Shown: piece by piece, positions 38,640 through 52,029 of the stretch
Numbering within the stretch: the first letter of the stretch is position 1
How the letters are laid out: the number at the start of each line of letters is the position of its first letter
Source of the DNA: Heptranchias perlo
Lineage: Eukaryota
Assembly (NCBI RefSeq): GCF_035084215.1
Contig: NC_090335.1
Location: forward strand, 47,554,001 to 47,618,000
DNA length: 64,000 bases
Direction: 5' to 3'
Position numbers and translations under genes: made by a program
The notes under the pieces: generated by a model
What the model was told of the DNA's origin: nothing
The model's database searches: none
The model's input: the letters and a program-made list of their open reading frames with translations, nothing else

Positions 38640-38795
38640 TGTGTGCTGCTGCTGCTAATGGTGCTTCTCTCTTGTGTATTGCTGATAATGGTGTTTCTCT
38701 CCCCTGTGTGTTGCTGACAGTGATGTTTCTCCACGGTGTGCTGCTGATAATGTTGCTGCTCTCCCTTATGTATTGCTGATAATGGCATCTCTCTC
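38640..38795. repeat. Minisatellite, ~27-30 bp unit, ~5 copies
   Basis: tgctgataatggtgtttctctcccctgtgt variants in tandem. Confidence 0.8.
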
Positions 38796-38799
38796 TCCA

Positions 38800-39420
38800 G
38801 CCTTTAACTACAGGGCTAGAATATAAAGGGGAGGAAGTTTTGCTACAGCTATGCGTAGCCCTGGTTAGTCCACATCTGGAGTACTGAGTACTGTGTACTG
38901 TTCTGGGCACCGCACCTTAGAAAGGATATATTGGCCTTGGAAAGAGTGCAGCATAGATTCCCCAGAATGTTACCAGGGCACCATGGGTTAAATTATGAGG
39001 AGAGATTACATAAACTAGGCTTGTATTCCCTGGAATATATGCAGGGTGATTTTGATTGAGGTTTTTAGGATTTTAAAAGGAATTGATAAGGTAGATAGAA
39101 ACTGTTTCCGCTGTTGGGGGAGTCTAGGACAAGAGGACATAATCTTAAAATCAGAGCCAAGCCATTGAGGAGAGAAGTTAGGAAACATTTCTTCACGCAA
39201 AGGTTAGTAGAAGTGTGGAACTCTCTCCTGCAAAAAGCAATAGATGCTAGCTCAATTAATTTTAAATCTGAGATCGATTTAAATTTTTGCTAGCCAAGGG
39301 TATTAAGGGATAGGGAGCCAAGGCGGGTGGATGGAGTTAGGAAACAGATCAGCCACAATTTCAGTGCATGGCGGAACAAGCTTGAGGGGTCAAATGGCCT
39401 ACTCCTGCTCCTATGTTCCA
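38800..39420 (+). mobile_element. CR1 LINE, 5'-truncated
   Basis: GLEYKGEEVLLQL..; 3' UTR ctatgttc; similar to 9610-10220. Confidence 0.9.
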
Positions 39421-39585
39421 CGTTGCCATCGCTGATTAAGGTCCTGCTTTTCCTGACTTCTACTCTCCAAAGGGCATGTGTTAGGTCTTGGGCTGAGGCT
39501 ATGCCTAGAGGCAGGGCTATGGGGCAATGCTGTGAGTATGGGACCCAGTATTGGGAAGTGAAGGGTGGGAATATAGGGGGTGGGT

Positions 39586-41180
39586 GGGGGAAATTGGTTA
39601 GGGCCTATTAGGTGTAGGTAGTACGATCCGCTATTAACTCATGCCCAAAGGCCCCTGCGCAGGCAGGACGAGACTTTCGTCCAGGCTCACTACTTACCTT
39701 CAGGCAGCATTCTGAATCAGCGTTGCCACGAGGACTCAATGCAATTCGCACTTTCCACCAGCAGGCTGTCTCTTAAAAATCTCTTTAAAGGTAGCCATTA
39801 CCTGTTATTTGCTGAAAATAACAGTCTGCTGTCTGCAGAGTCTGAACGGAGATCAGACATCGCACACGTAAAACACAGATTCAGCTCCCATCCCTATGTT
39901 TTAACATAACTCATCAGTTTGTATAGATTGAATAAAGATTGCCCACCAATAAATCCCATATCCTCCAATCTCCACACCAGACCTCACCAATCTGCCGATC
40001 TGAGTTTGCACCGGGCCTGCGAGAGTGCATGCACCAAGTTTCTCTGATGATGCACTAGAGACCTTGGTGCAAGAAGTGGACAGAAGGAGGGATATCCTAT
40101 ATCCGTGGGGGTGGTGGGAGAACAAGGCAAGAGTCCCTCCAGACATATGCCCAAAAGGCAGTGGGAGGCAGCAGGGGAACAAAGTCAATGTCAGCCACAC
40201 AACACCACGAACATGAATGCAGTGCAGGAAGATGGTCAAGGTGAGTGAGGTCAAGTGGCGTCTCTTGCCTACTATGCCACTAGCCACACCCACTGCTCCA
40301 CGCACTACATCCCCCATCTACCAACAAATGCTTTCCATCGGTACTCAACTCTTCCCATCAGATGCTTCCTCTCACCCTTGCACATTAGCACAGTCGCAAG
40401 CTGCATACCCACAACTCACCGGTCACACACTAGCAGCTAGTCAACCATGACAGGCACACCACCCAAACACACGTCCTGTTTTCTTGCAGGAGAAGGTGGC
40501 ACGTAACAGGAGGCAGCAAGTGGTATTTAGCCCCTCGCGCCTGTTCCGCCATTCTGAGATCATAGTTGATCTGTGGCCTTAGCCCCATATCCCTTATTAC
40601 CCTTGGTTCACTGAAATCTATTAATCTCAGATTTAGAATTTACAATTGAGCTAGCACCAACTGCCATTTGTGGAAGAGCGTTCCAACCTTCTACCATGCT
40701 TTGCATGTAGAAGCATTTCCTAACTTCACTCCTGGCTCTAAATGTTAGACTATATCCCCGCGTACTAGTATTCAAGTATAGGAGACCTCCAAAAACAGTT
40801 ATGAATGCATCAGCAGCCAGAAGGAATAATCCAGCAACTAATCTGTAAATCTTGCATGGTCCCTTTAAACAGCGCTGGTTGGGGGGGGGGGGGTCCCCCA
40901 GGCATTCTAAGACGTGTACAGATGGTTGTGGTTAAGATTGTGCATTGAGTTGAGTGTTAAGTCCCAAAATGATGTCTGTCTCTTTAAATCAGCATTGCAC
41001 ACTGATTGTATCCATTTTCTCCTTACTTTACATGCAGCCGGTATTCGGTATTTGCGCATGCGCTATACCAAGTTGGCGTCCGGCACACATCGTGCTGGAA
41101 ACATGCCAAGACACCATCTTGGCATTTCGGAAGGCTGCGTAGCGCTGAAACTACAAGCGCTAGGCGGCCGAATTTCTAGT
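39586..41180 (-). mobile_element. Harbinger deletion derivative (inverted relative to 5038-10303)
   Basis: APSFSDDALETLVQEVDRRRDILYP Myb/SANT exon on +; 40800-41180 is the reverse-complement homolog of 5040-5430. Confidence 0.8.
40525..40770 (-). mobile_element. CR1 3' fragment within Harbinger derivative
   Basis: reverse complement of CR1 terminal region. Confidence 0.75.
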
Positions 41181-41449
41181 TCAAGGTGTCTGCAAGGTTG
41201 TAGCCCAGACACACTCTCATAGTACTACACAGTAACTTTTTGTTAATGGTCATAAACCCAACAATGTTTTGCTCAAGCCATTTTCTGATGACTGGAGGTG
41301 GGTCTGCACCTGCAGTTTCACACTTGAGATTTTGGTTTCAGTTGTGCTCCTTTTGGGTAATTGTCAAGTGGAAGACTTTCAAATGCTTTGTAGGATTTGA
41401 ATACATTCCCAAAACCAACAAGCTCAGACTAAATAAATGGATCAGCAAA

Positions 41450-44145
41450 CAAATTAAGTGAGAGAGAGAGGAAAAATAGCCTGCACAAATCCTGCAGGAG
41501 AAGGAGCTCACTGGAATGTATACAAGAAACCGCAGAATTACGTTTTTTTTAAAAAGGTGATCAGAGGAGCAAAGAGGGACCTTGAGAAAAGGCATACATC
41601 TGAATCTAATCAGAAAAATAAAAAAACATCTTTCTGTGACTGCTCTCAATATTGTGATGAAGAGGTGAAAACCATAAAAGATGCCAGCTTCAAATTGAGG
41701 ACAAGCACAAAATAGTAAATATTTTGAATGACCACTTCCTTCAAGTATTTACAAGGGAAGATACGAGCAACATGCCCTTTCCAACCAATGCCTTTGTTAT
41801 AAATGAGATGAAAGTTCTAGATAGGTTAATTGGGCTCAAAACCAATAAATCCCCAGGAATAGATGTTATTTATCCCAGAGTGTTGGAGGGATTAGGGAGC
41901 AGATCAGTGAGTCGCTGAAGATCACTGAGGGAGCCATTAAATACTGAAGAGGTACCAATAGATTGGAAACAGGCTAACATGGTGCCATATTCAAAAAGGG
42001 TGACCAGAGACACCTGCAACTAAAGACCCTTTAGTCTTGTTTCCATTCCAGGTAACATAACACAATGGAATTCATTATCAGGAGTAAACTTGAGCATCAC
42101 CTGCACAATAAGAATCTAGTGAACAGCAGTCAACGTGGACTCAGAAGGGGAAGTTCCTGTCCTATTTCTTTGAGGCAGTGACAACCCAAATACACTGTAG
42201 CAAGTCCTACAATGTGGCATCCCTAGACTTCTAAAAGGCTTTTGACAAATTTCCATACAAAAGGTTATTGATTAAGCTTTAAACTTTAAAGCTGTGGGGA
42301 GTCATTCCGGTCCGGATGGGATGCATCCTTGGTTGCTGAGGAAAGTAAGGGTGGAAATTGCGGAGGTACTGACTATAATGTTCCAAATATCCTTAGATTA
42401 TGGGGGTGGTGCCAGAGGACTGGAGAATTGCAAATGTTGAACCCTTGTTCAAAAAAGGGTGTAAGGATAAACTCAGCAACTACAGGCCAGTCAGTTTAAC
42501 CTTGGTGGCGGGGAAGCTTTTAAAAATGATAATTCTGTCCTGGATTAACAGTCACTTGGACAAGTGTGGATTGATGAGGGAAAGCCAGCATGGATTTGTT
42601 AAAGGCAAATTGTGTTTAATTAACCTGAGTTTTTTGATGAGGTAACAGAGGGTAGATGAGGGCAATGCAATTGATGTGGTGTATCTGGACTTTCAAAAAG
42701 GAGATTGATAAAGTGCTGTCTAATAGGCTTGTCATCAAGATTGAAGCCCATGACAAAATTGGCTAAGTGACAGGAAACGGAAGCAAGTAGTGAGTGGTTG
42801 GTTTTTTTTGGACTGGAGGGAGGTGTACAATGGTGGTCCCCAGGGGTCAGTACCATGGATGGATGGATTCTAAAAGGGGTACAGGAAAAGAGATCTGGGG
42901 GATATGTGCACAAATCGTTGAAGGTGGCATGGCAGGATGAAAAAGTGGTTTTAAAAAAAACATGGGATCCTGAGCTTTACAAATAGAGGCATAAGAGTAC
43001 AAAAGCAAGGAAGTCATGATGAACCTTTTATAAAACACTAGTTTGACTACAACTGGAGTATTGTGTCCAGTTTTGGGCAATGCACTTTAGGAAAGATGTG
43101 AAGGCCTTGGAGAGGGTGCAGAAGAGATTTACTAGAATGATTCCAGGGATGAGGGACTTTAGTTACATGGATAGACTGGAGAAGCTGGGATTGCTCTCCT
43201 TGGAATAGAGGAGATTTGAAAGAGGTATTCAAAATCATGAAGGGTCTAGACAGAGTAGATAGAGAGAAAATATTTCCATTGGCGGATGGGTCAAGAACCA
43301 GAGGACATAGATTTAAGGTGATTGGCAAAAGAACCAAAGGTGATATGAGGAAAAACTTTTTTTACGCAGTGAGTGGTTATGATCTGGAATGTGCTGCCAG
43401 GGGGGATGGATTCAATTGTGGCTTTCCAAAAGGGAACTGGATAAGTACTTGAAAGGAAAAAAATGCAGTGTTAGAGATAGGGCGGGGGAATGGGATTAGC
43501 TGGATTGCTCTTGCATAGAGCCGGCACGGACTCAGTAGGCTGAATGGCATCTTTCCACGCTGTAACCTTTCTATGATTCCTTTCTTTCTATGATTCAGGG
43601 TAAACCCTGAGAATGGATAAGAAACTTGTTGAAGGTTAGGAAACGATTGCTCGTGAGAGGAATCATGTCAGAGTGGGAGGTTAGGGAAAGTACTGAGTGA
43701 GGGCTCAGTGTTGGGAGCATTACTGTTTTTAATTTACTGTCCATTTACGTAGGTGCAGTGGAATTAGAAGAGGTGGCTCAGAAATTACAGGATGAGTTGG
43801 GCAAGATATGCAAGTACACAACAATTAAAGATGAAATTAAATAATCAGGTGTGAAAAGCTGCATGTAGGAAGAAAAAGTAGGCAACATGCTTCATGAATA
43901 GTGTTGAAATAGCTAAGAATGAAGTTGAACGCGATCTAGGAGCTTCAGTAGACACATCGATAAACGTATCCAACCAATGCAGAGCAGCAATCAACAAAGT
44001 GATGGACTACATGGTCAAAACAAAGAATATAAGTCATAGGAGGTAATGATCAAATTAGACTAGAGGAGGCAAATTTTTTTTTAAAAAACATTTGGATGTC
44101 ACAAGGATGGATGAAGTAAATGTGCTGAATGGCCTTCCTCATCCA
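41450..44145 (+). mobile_element. Old CR1 ORF2 split by younger CR1
   Basis: NKSPGID.IYPRVL, AFDK remnants; resumes at 43597. Confidence 0.7.
42304..43596 (+). mobile_element. CR1 LINE (RT to 3' end) nested
   Basis: GVVPEDWRIANV..NYRPVSLT; ttctatgattc tail. Confidence 0.92.
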
Positions 44146-46639
44146 TCATGATCTTGAGACAATTTTGCTTCCTAAAAGCCTTCTTTTGAAGGAGAGCAAT
44201 AAAAAGAGGGAGCAGCACTGAATCTCAATTCTGCACCGCACAGTCAGGGAGACCATGAAAGGAGGACCAGAGGCGCATTGAACATCTGGGACTATGGATA
44301 AAAGCACCTTCGAGAGGAGGGGGAGAGATCCTAATTCCCAAACCAATAATAATTAAGTAAACATTTAAAAGCCACTAACAGCTCTTTGAACAGGCTTTAT
44401 GTAAAAATAGCAGTTTCTGTACGTGGGGGCTGCTCGGTGTATTTCTTGATTTAGAAAGCAAGTGCAATGTTAGCATTTATCTGGAAGGTTCAGGGCAGGC
44501 AACTGTCACTGATTTTTCTAGTCCAGGTGCTCACTTGTGCACACTGATGTTTCAGGAAATCGAAGGTTAAATAAAGATGTGATGAATAGATTTCACCTAT
44601 TCAGGCAAATATTTGGAGTAGTCTTTTCCTGCTGTGGCATGTAAATGTGTGAGTAATGTAGTTCATTTCTGGATTATGGTCTACAATATATGGCAAATTC
44701 AATCTATAAATTATAGTTTAAATAACACATTGCTATACTTAACAACATTTAGTAAAGAAAAAAAAACTTGAGTGTTAATTGTCCAAGTCATTTTTTTAAA
44801 AAGCACTGTACAGTTAACAGGTGCTGAGGCTGTTTTACTAATTCTAATCTTTTCCCCAAGGTATGATGTAATGCTGTGAAACTGGCTACAAATATTATGC
44901 AATGTTTTTACTTGAGTATAGTGGGTGCTGCTTGTTTCAGGCCAGTGGCCTCAGTTTAGCTGCTGTTTGATCATTAATGTGCTTACATGTTTTGGCTCTT
45001 TTTCAAAAAATAAACTCACATTGGGCAGCAATGGATTTTTGACTAGCAGTTACCTGTGGCACACCATATATGGCGTGGCATAAGGATTTTTTTGTACTAT
45101 AGGCACAAAAGGGGTGGGGTGGGGGGGGGGGCGGGGAAATCAAAATAGAATGCGTTAGCAGTTTGAATTTCTAATTTTATTGGCCACCAAAAATCTAGTT
45201 TGACTTCTTCAGTAAGGCACTGACACTTTGGGGTGGTGGCTGAACAGCTTCAGTTGGATGCCAGTATTTTTTTTTAAAAACACATCTTTTGAGACCTGTG
45301 TTGCCACTAGTCACCACACGCACTGTCCTCTTGAGTATGGGAATCTCATGGGAACAGTGCTGGAATAACTGATGAGTGATGGGACATGGAAAATAACCCA
45401 CGTAGTGACATTTTGAATGTGACTCAAGGCCACGTTAGATTGTTTTATATATTCCACCACTCCATATTTATATCCCCTCACCCATTACTTATTAAAGCTT
45501 CTTGTACAGTATCTTTGATTGGGTTGGACTGTCTTTAATTGGCTGAAAGCTTTAATGTCAGACTCCAGTCACTCTAGCCTTTTTTTAAACACAACGTGCA
45601 TAGGGTTAAAATGGGGGCATACTACTTACCTCGCCATTCATGCCACACTCCTGCCTTCTGCTAATGTAACTCCTGGTTTTTCGGGAGGCTCACTGCAGGC
45701 AAGCGAGGGTCTCAAATCTGCAAAAGTTAGGATCCTATGATGCAAATAGGACCCAACATGATCTTAATGTGCAATTGCGCAACTGAGTGCCAGACCCACC
45801 AGAGATAGTTCGTGGCAAGCAGGATCGAGGCTAGAAGAAGCCCAAGAAGGTAGATTTTTTTTTAATGATCCCCTTTATGGGCTAGGAGGAGCAGGAATAC
45901 TCTTCCAGCCCCTACAAGGAAACCTTGGGTCTCCCCATGCCCTGGGCTTCCTCCTCCTGAACCGGGATGCCTCTGGACCCCCGACCCATTTACCTGACTG
46001 TTAAGAACCATTCTCTTGGGTACCTAGTGGCAGCCTCCAGTCGCCCAAAATCCCTTTCCTGCGTACCGGCCAGGTAGTGATTTTTGGTGGGAGCCTCACT
46101 TCAAATGTGAAAGAGGCCTGGATACTAAAATGGCTGGGCCACATAAGGGTTCAGACAAGTGAGCTTGACTGCCCCCCACCACCCCCTCACTCCACATTTA
46201 TGGTTTAAAATCAGGGCTTTTATTTTCAATGCCTCTTATTTTTTAAATTATATGATTGTCTGTCTTAATTTTTGGGAGGAATCGGCACCTAGAATGGAAC
46301 TATCACACTACCCTCATAACTTATGGCAGCTTTAGCCTGCAAAGGAAAATATTTTTATTAATGGGTGGTAACAATAAATGCAATGATATTGCTGATCTTG
46401 TTGTTCTACTGCTTTATAAAGGCGATAAGCCTTGCAAGAAACTACATCTAATAACTCTGGCTCTTTAGTACATTTCAAAACCCTACTTCTTCCAAAGGTG
46501 TTAGCTCTTGCGTTGGTACTCAAGAATATCGAGGCATTCTTTTTCACAGTCCAGAGCTTTATTCTAGATTCTCCTCAAAACAATGTAGCTTTCACAAACA
46601 TGAACAAGTCAAATCATTGTTTTTCTCTTTTTCTCTCAT

Positions 46640-46975
46640 GTTGCAGTATAATTCTGTGGGCGGCAGCAGACCGACTGACTGTAGTCCACCCAAGTGGCTA
46701 TTCTTTACATCTGACCCCAGACAATGAGTATTGACAAATTGTGGCGAATATCACAGCAGAGCCCAAACACACACACTAATAGAAATCACTGGATGCTAAT
46801 CAAGAAAGGAAATCCTCACTGCTGGAAGTTTTGACCCCTCTCAGACCAGGCATGCTGAAGTGAGTTATAGTGCCCTGCCTACATCCCAACCCATATCAGC
46901 CAAATCAGCACAGACCAATAATAAAATCTTGGACCTTTCTGCTCTATATGGCTCGGTATCACACTGGATGGTACA
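46640..46975 (-). mobile_element. Ancient SINE-like repeat (family C)
   Basis: diverged similarity to 53430-53740. Confidence 0.45.
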
Positions 46976-48743
46976 TGCATTAAATAAATTTAATGCATGT
47001 ATCTATGTGAGGAGATCCCCACCATCTTTGGCAACCACCCCATAACCTTCCTGCCTAATCATTTTGACTCCGAACTCTAACTGCTTGAAATGGGGTAATG
47101 ATCTTCTCATTTATTAATGTGAGGCAGAGATAAGATGTGCATTTATACTGCAGGTACTGATTCCAGCCAGGCAGTACCCTATTTATATTGTCTGACTCCA
47201 AATGGAATTCTCTGCCCAGGAGAGGAATCTACACATGCAGAGTTCCCCCTCCAACTGTTTAAATTTTAGATGTTTTCAGAGCAGGAGCATCTGCCTTAAT
47301 ACATTTACATCAACTCTGAATAAGTTCAAAACAAACCCCTTGAGCACTTTTTAAATTCAAATTGCCACTGCACTTCATTTAGACCGCATGTGGTGTCAGA
47401 TCCTAGTGTTGTAAAATGCTCTCTTCATTGGGCTCGCGCATAGACTCCATAGTTTCATTTTAGTGAAGTTGGAAAACTGAGACAAAGACACCCCTATCTG
47501 GATGAACATTTGGCTCTTCATCTCATCTACCCTCTCCCTGAACAGGCTGTTGAGATACAAGGAGCTTGATGGTCTAGTTATCATGCAATGGATCGAAAAA
47601 ATCCATTACTCCATATTTTATGCACTTCTGTTCATTGAATCGGAACACTATTCATCAGGTCCAGTTGCAGTAGGTCACCCCAACACTAAACTCTTTTTGA
47701 CTGGCCCAATATTCAAAAATAATAACTTGCATTTATATGGTTCCTTTAACATAAAAAAAATGTCCCCAGGTGCTTAGATTACCTTTTAACTAAAGTTAGG
47801 ACAAACAAAACCAAAGCATTATTTTGCACCTAGTTACATCTCATAGGACATCAGATTGGAGTTAGTGTTATTCCCTTTTGCAGACTGGACTGCCTGGCTG
47901 CTGTTATCATGTCTGAAATGTTAATGCATGCAATTTAGTCATTTCTATTGTGTTTTGAGTATAAAGACCACTCTGGAAAATTGTGCAAAGAAAACCAGCA
48001 GTTATTAGCCATTGCCACTTTGTTCGCAAAAGATGCAAGGACTGTTATATCTTGTTTGATTGTCCAATTCAGAAGAAATGGCTTTATGTGGAAAGTTCTA
48101 GAAGGTAAATGTTGTAGATTTAGTGAAAACATATTTGCTATGTGAGTGTGTGACTTGTATCCTACATGTAAAATCCTTCTCTGAACATGGACAAGTGAAA
48201 GCTCTTGAAACTGCTGTATGACCTATTTTCTATCAAGAGATTATAAGAAGTAACTTTCTGAAAATGGGTATCTTAACCCTGTATGGAATGGTTCATAGTC
48301 TCACGTTAAGTATTATACCAAATAGTATCTTGCTGATCTCGCTGCTTCTGTGTATTATTTATTGATCAACAAACCTGGAAAAGTCGTTTTAGCCTATACT
48401 GAGTGATACAACATTGTGTGTTGGCGTTGCCCTCTTTCCCCACCGCCCCCCCCCCCCCCCAACCAAATCTTCAGAGGTGACAGGAGAGCATGGTAGGCAT
48501 TGAGTATTCTGCAATGAGCGATTTACCACAAATCAAGAGCTTTTGGTTTGTAACACTTTTTTTATGGAAATTGTTGTCTAGTCACGAACACAAAAAAGGC
48601 ATTGGGGAAGAGAGAACTCTTAACTGTCTTAGTTTTAGTCATACTGTTTGTTTAGCTGGTGGCTGACTTGTTAATAACCCATTTATTTCAGATACAAGGA
48701 ATCTTACAACACCAGGTTATAGTCCAACTGTTTTATTTGAAAA

Positions 48744-48780
48744 TCACAAGCTTTCGGAGACTTTCTCCTTCGTCAGGTGA
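48744..48780 (-). ncRNA. Minimal type I hammerhead ribozyme
   Basis: minus strand tcac-CTGACGA-a-ggaga aag tctcc-GAAA-gctt-gtga. Confidence 0.8.
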
Positions 48781-48935
48781 GTGTGGGATTCGGATTCCAT
48801 GGAAGGTTGCTGCATTTATAGTCAGAGAACAATACCTGGTGATTAGATAATCTTTCCAACTGCCCGTTGGTAATCACCAGGTATTGTTCTCTGACTATAA
48901 ATGCGGTAACCTTCCATGGAATCCGAATCCCACAC

Positions 48936-48972
48936 TCACCTGACGAAGGAGAAAGCCTCCGAAAGCTTGTGA
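48936..48972 (+). ncRNA. Minimal type I hammerhead ribozyme
   Basis: tcac-CTGACGA-a-ggag aaagc ctcc-GAAA-gctt-gtga. Confidence 0.8.
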
Positions 48973-51900
48973 TTTTCAAATACAACACCAGGTTATAGTC
49001 CAACTGTTTTAAGATTCCTTACATTTGTTAACCCCAGTCCATCACCGGCATCTCCACGTCACATTTATTTCAGGCAACAGAATGGCCTTATCTGCATTAG
49101 GGTTATTGCATGGAAAAGTTGGTATCTAGAAAGATGAGATCAAATGAGTCAAATATTTTTCTTCACTAAAACCTGTCTTGAAACATTCCCAGATATGTTT
49201 TGTGCAGTGTTATAGAATCGTCGAATGTTATAGCACAGAAATAGACTAGACTATTCAGCCCACCAAGTCTGTGCAGGTGTTTTTTTTCTGCCCCCCCCCC
49301 CCCCCCCCCCAGCAAAACCACTTAATCTAATCCAATTTTCCTGCTTACACTCCATATGTTTTTTTGATAGTTCTCCCTTTTTCAAGCAGCTATTTTAATA
49401 TTTTTCTGTTTGCTTCCTTCCTCCTTGCTGTTAGCAAAGCAATCTAGAGATATTTGTTTATATTAATGGATTGCTGTGGTGATGAGATTTTTACACTGTT
49501 CAGGCTCTGCAGGTTTTCTTGGTTTGTGAAACAAGCAAGAAGGACAATGGTGGGAGACTTTGTATGGCTGGTTCACACTTGACTGGAAGCAAATGGCAAC
49601 ATAGTCCAGTACTTCATGTAGCGTACTTGATGGATAAGAAGACTACGCTGAAAATCCACAGTATAAATGTATGCTTAATACAACGTAGATTATGTATCAT
49701 TACAGTATTCCATAAAGCACATAAAAATGTGACTTTATAATTTGCATAATGGTGATCTTCATGCACTCAGCTGCTGCTTACAGTTGCCATGACTGTCATG
49801 GGGTCCTGCTAATGTTCTGCCACCACGGACCTTGCCAGTACTGCAGTTCTACTGATACATGTATTTGGATTTATTTTGTGATTCATGTACAAAGTGTAAG
49901 GGTAACAGTGTGAAGTCCAATAGATGAAATACAATCTTGGTTAGTTCTGGTGATCTTAGACCACTTATGCTTTGCAGAATAGAGCTTGTGCTCGGTCGGC
50001 TTCTGGTTGATAAGCAGCATGGATTTCAAAATACTAGTTTTCATCTATAGAACACCAATAAAACTTAAATTTTACAGAAGGCATAGCAGTTTATTCAATA
50101 ACATAGCTGGCACCTTTTTCACATACTTAATATCCCTTTGTGGCTCCAGCTTTTTAAAAAAAAATCAGAAATGGTGAGTAGTTGAATTGTTTTGTGAGAT
50201 GGACTCCGTGCCATGGGTATAATGCAAACTTGCCATATCCAACCCCTCAAAGTCTGTGTGACTTCTCATGTAGTCCACTCCCACAGCTGCTCTGTTTCTA
50301 TTTGCCCTGACATTTTTTATGTTGGTAGCGATACTGGATTTGCCTATTTGAATATCTGAGGCATGGGTCTGCTCGCTTTTAGATGGATTCAAGATATAGC
50401 CACCAAATGTGGGAGAAATCCTGAGAACAACCTGCCAGGCCCACCAAATGCGAATGTTAGCAGCATAAAAATATCTCTACAACCAGAAATGTGGTGGTGT
50501 CTGCAGAACTGGCTCCATCCAACCTCTGACCTGTCCTGAGCAAGACAAAGCTTAATCTCTAAGATCAGTTGAGAAAATAGGGAGTTCATTTACCTCAATA
50601 TTAATAGGGAAGCAATTGCTTTTCCTGTTTGTTTCTCCCTCCCCAGTATTGGAGCTTATCACTCAATCTTAGTGGCAGCTATCCTCCTTGAAAAATTATT
50701 GCCATCACTTTCTAGCTGTGTTTGTAAATGCACAACAATGACTGTTGCATCGAAGGTATTGTGCCACTTGAATGTAAGGTTGCCATGATGCACCAATTAT
50801 CAATGTTGGTCTCTTCTTGGTGCCTTTCTCCCCCGACATCAGCAGTCCCCCTTAAATACAAATTCTAGTATTACACAAGAAATTAAAAACAGGAATTTGC
50901 TGTAGATTGATATAATTGTACAACTTGATAAATGTCAGTGCAAAAAATGGAAGTGCGCAAAGGATCTAAACCACTTCAATAAACCTAGGGGGTTGGGCAT
51001 TTTATGTAGTTGCCCATCCCCCTACCTGATGCCACCTTAGCTATAAGACCTGTATCTCTTTGTTCATTTCTCTTTGTGCCAAATAGCTATACAGTTCCAC
51101 CTGAGTAATCTAATCTTGCACAGCCCTGGTAACCTGGGAAACTAATTCTTAATTTACAATAAAGTTTGGCATGGAGGACTGTCCACAGTTCATAAATTGT
51201 CTTTATTCACAACTGCTCTTTGTTCTTGGTTGTTTTCTTGGGAGGCAAGACAGCTCCCTTCTCCTTTCACCTGTGCTGTTCAAGCAGCAGGCATTTTCTA
51301 CAGTTTTGCTGCCTCCACCCTTTTTGTTCCTTGTTATTGGCACAATGATCTTTTTTAAATAAAATAGAAGCAAAATTGAAGTTGGAGTGATAATAGATCG
51401 TTTGAAGATCTTACTTTAGTCATTTTTTAGTTTTCAATTCAGAAATTTGTGTTTAAGAAGATGAAGATTACAGAATGGCAAGGAAGTGAGGGTGTTTTAT
51501 TTTCAAAAGCACAAACTTTATATGAACTGGCCATATAATGCTTTTAACTGAAGGCTTCACATTGGGTGCTCTGGAAAAACCAATTGTGGGGTGTGCTTAA
51601 ATTTTGGGTGTACACTGGGTAACACTATTGCTGTTAAGTAATTAGATTCCTCCCATTACAGTGTTGACTCATTAATTCTTTCAGGTGTGTATAATATGGT
51701 ATGTGGATTTTTTAATGAGTACAGAGTCTGGAAATTCTCTCAGCAAGTGATGACATTTTATGGACGGCCATGGCCTTTTCTTCCAAAAGTTAATTACATT
51801 AGACCTTTATGTGTGACTAATAATGGTCTGTGATTTGTCCAGAGTCCAAAAATACTTGCTTGTTTATCACATTTCTACAAATGAACACAGTATTAAGTTT

Positions 51901-52029
51901 TGTCTCTTGTTCTGAAGATATTGTATCTTTGTTTTGGAATGGTTCCAATGGCAATTATTCATGTACAAATCTTGATATTGTATAAAAAGGTTAAAGTACA
52001 CGTGCATACACAATATGAATGAGTATTAC

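Larger units (their letters stand above)
48692..49061. mobile_element. Non-coding palindromic PLE-derived element with two opposed hammerheads
   Basis: 112-bp arms 48734-48845 and 48871-48982 (3 mismatches); PLE tail ccccagtccatcaccggcatctccac on +; 12-bp TSD catttatttcag 48680-48691 and 49062-49073. Confidence 0.92.

Noticed and set aside
38640-38795. CRISPR-like array
   Set aside because: Tandem units without unique spacers; eukaryotic context
45590-46216. Possible MITE / DNA transposon remnant (GC-richer block)
   Set aside because: No verifiable TIR pair or TSD
48659-49003. Two ORFs on opposite strands with near-identical peptides
   Set aside because: Trivial consequence of the DNA palindrome; no sign of coding function
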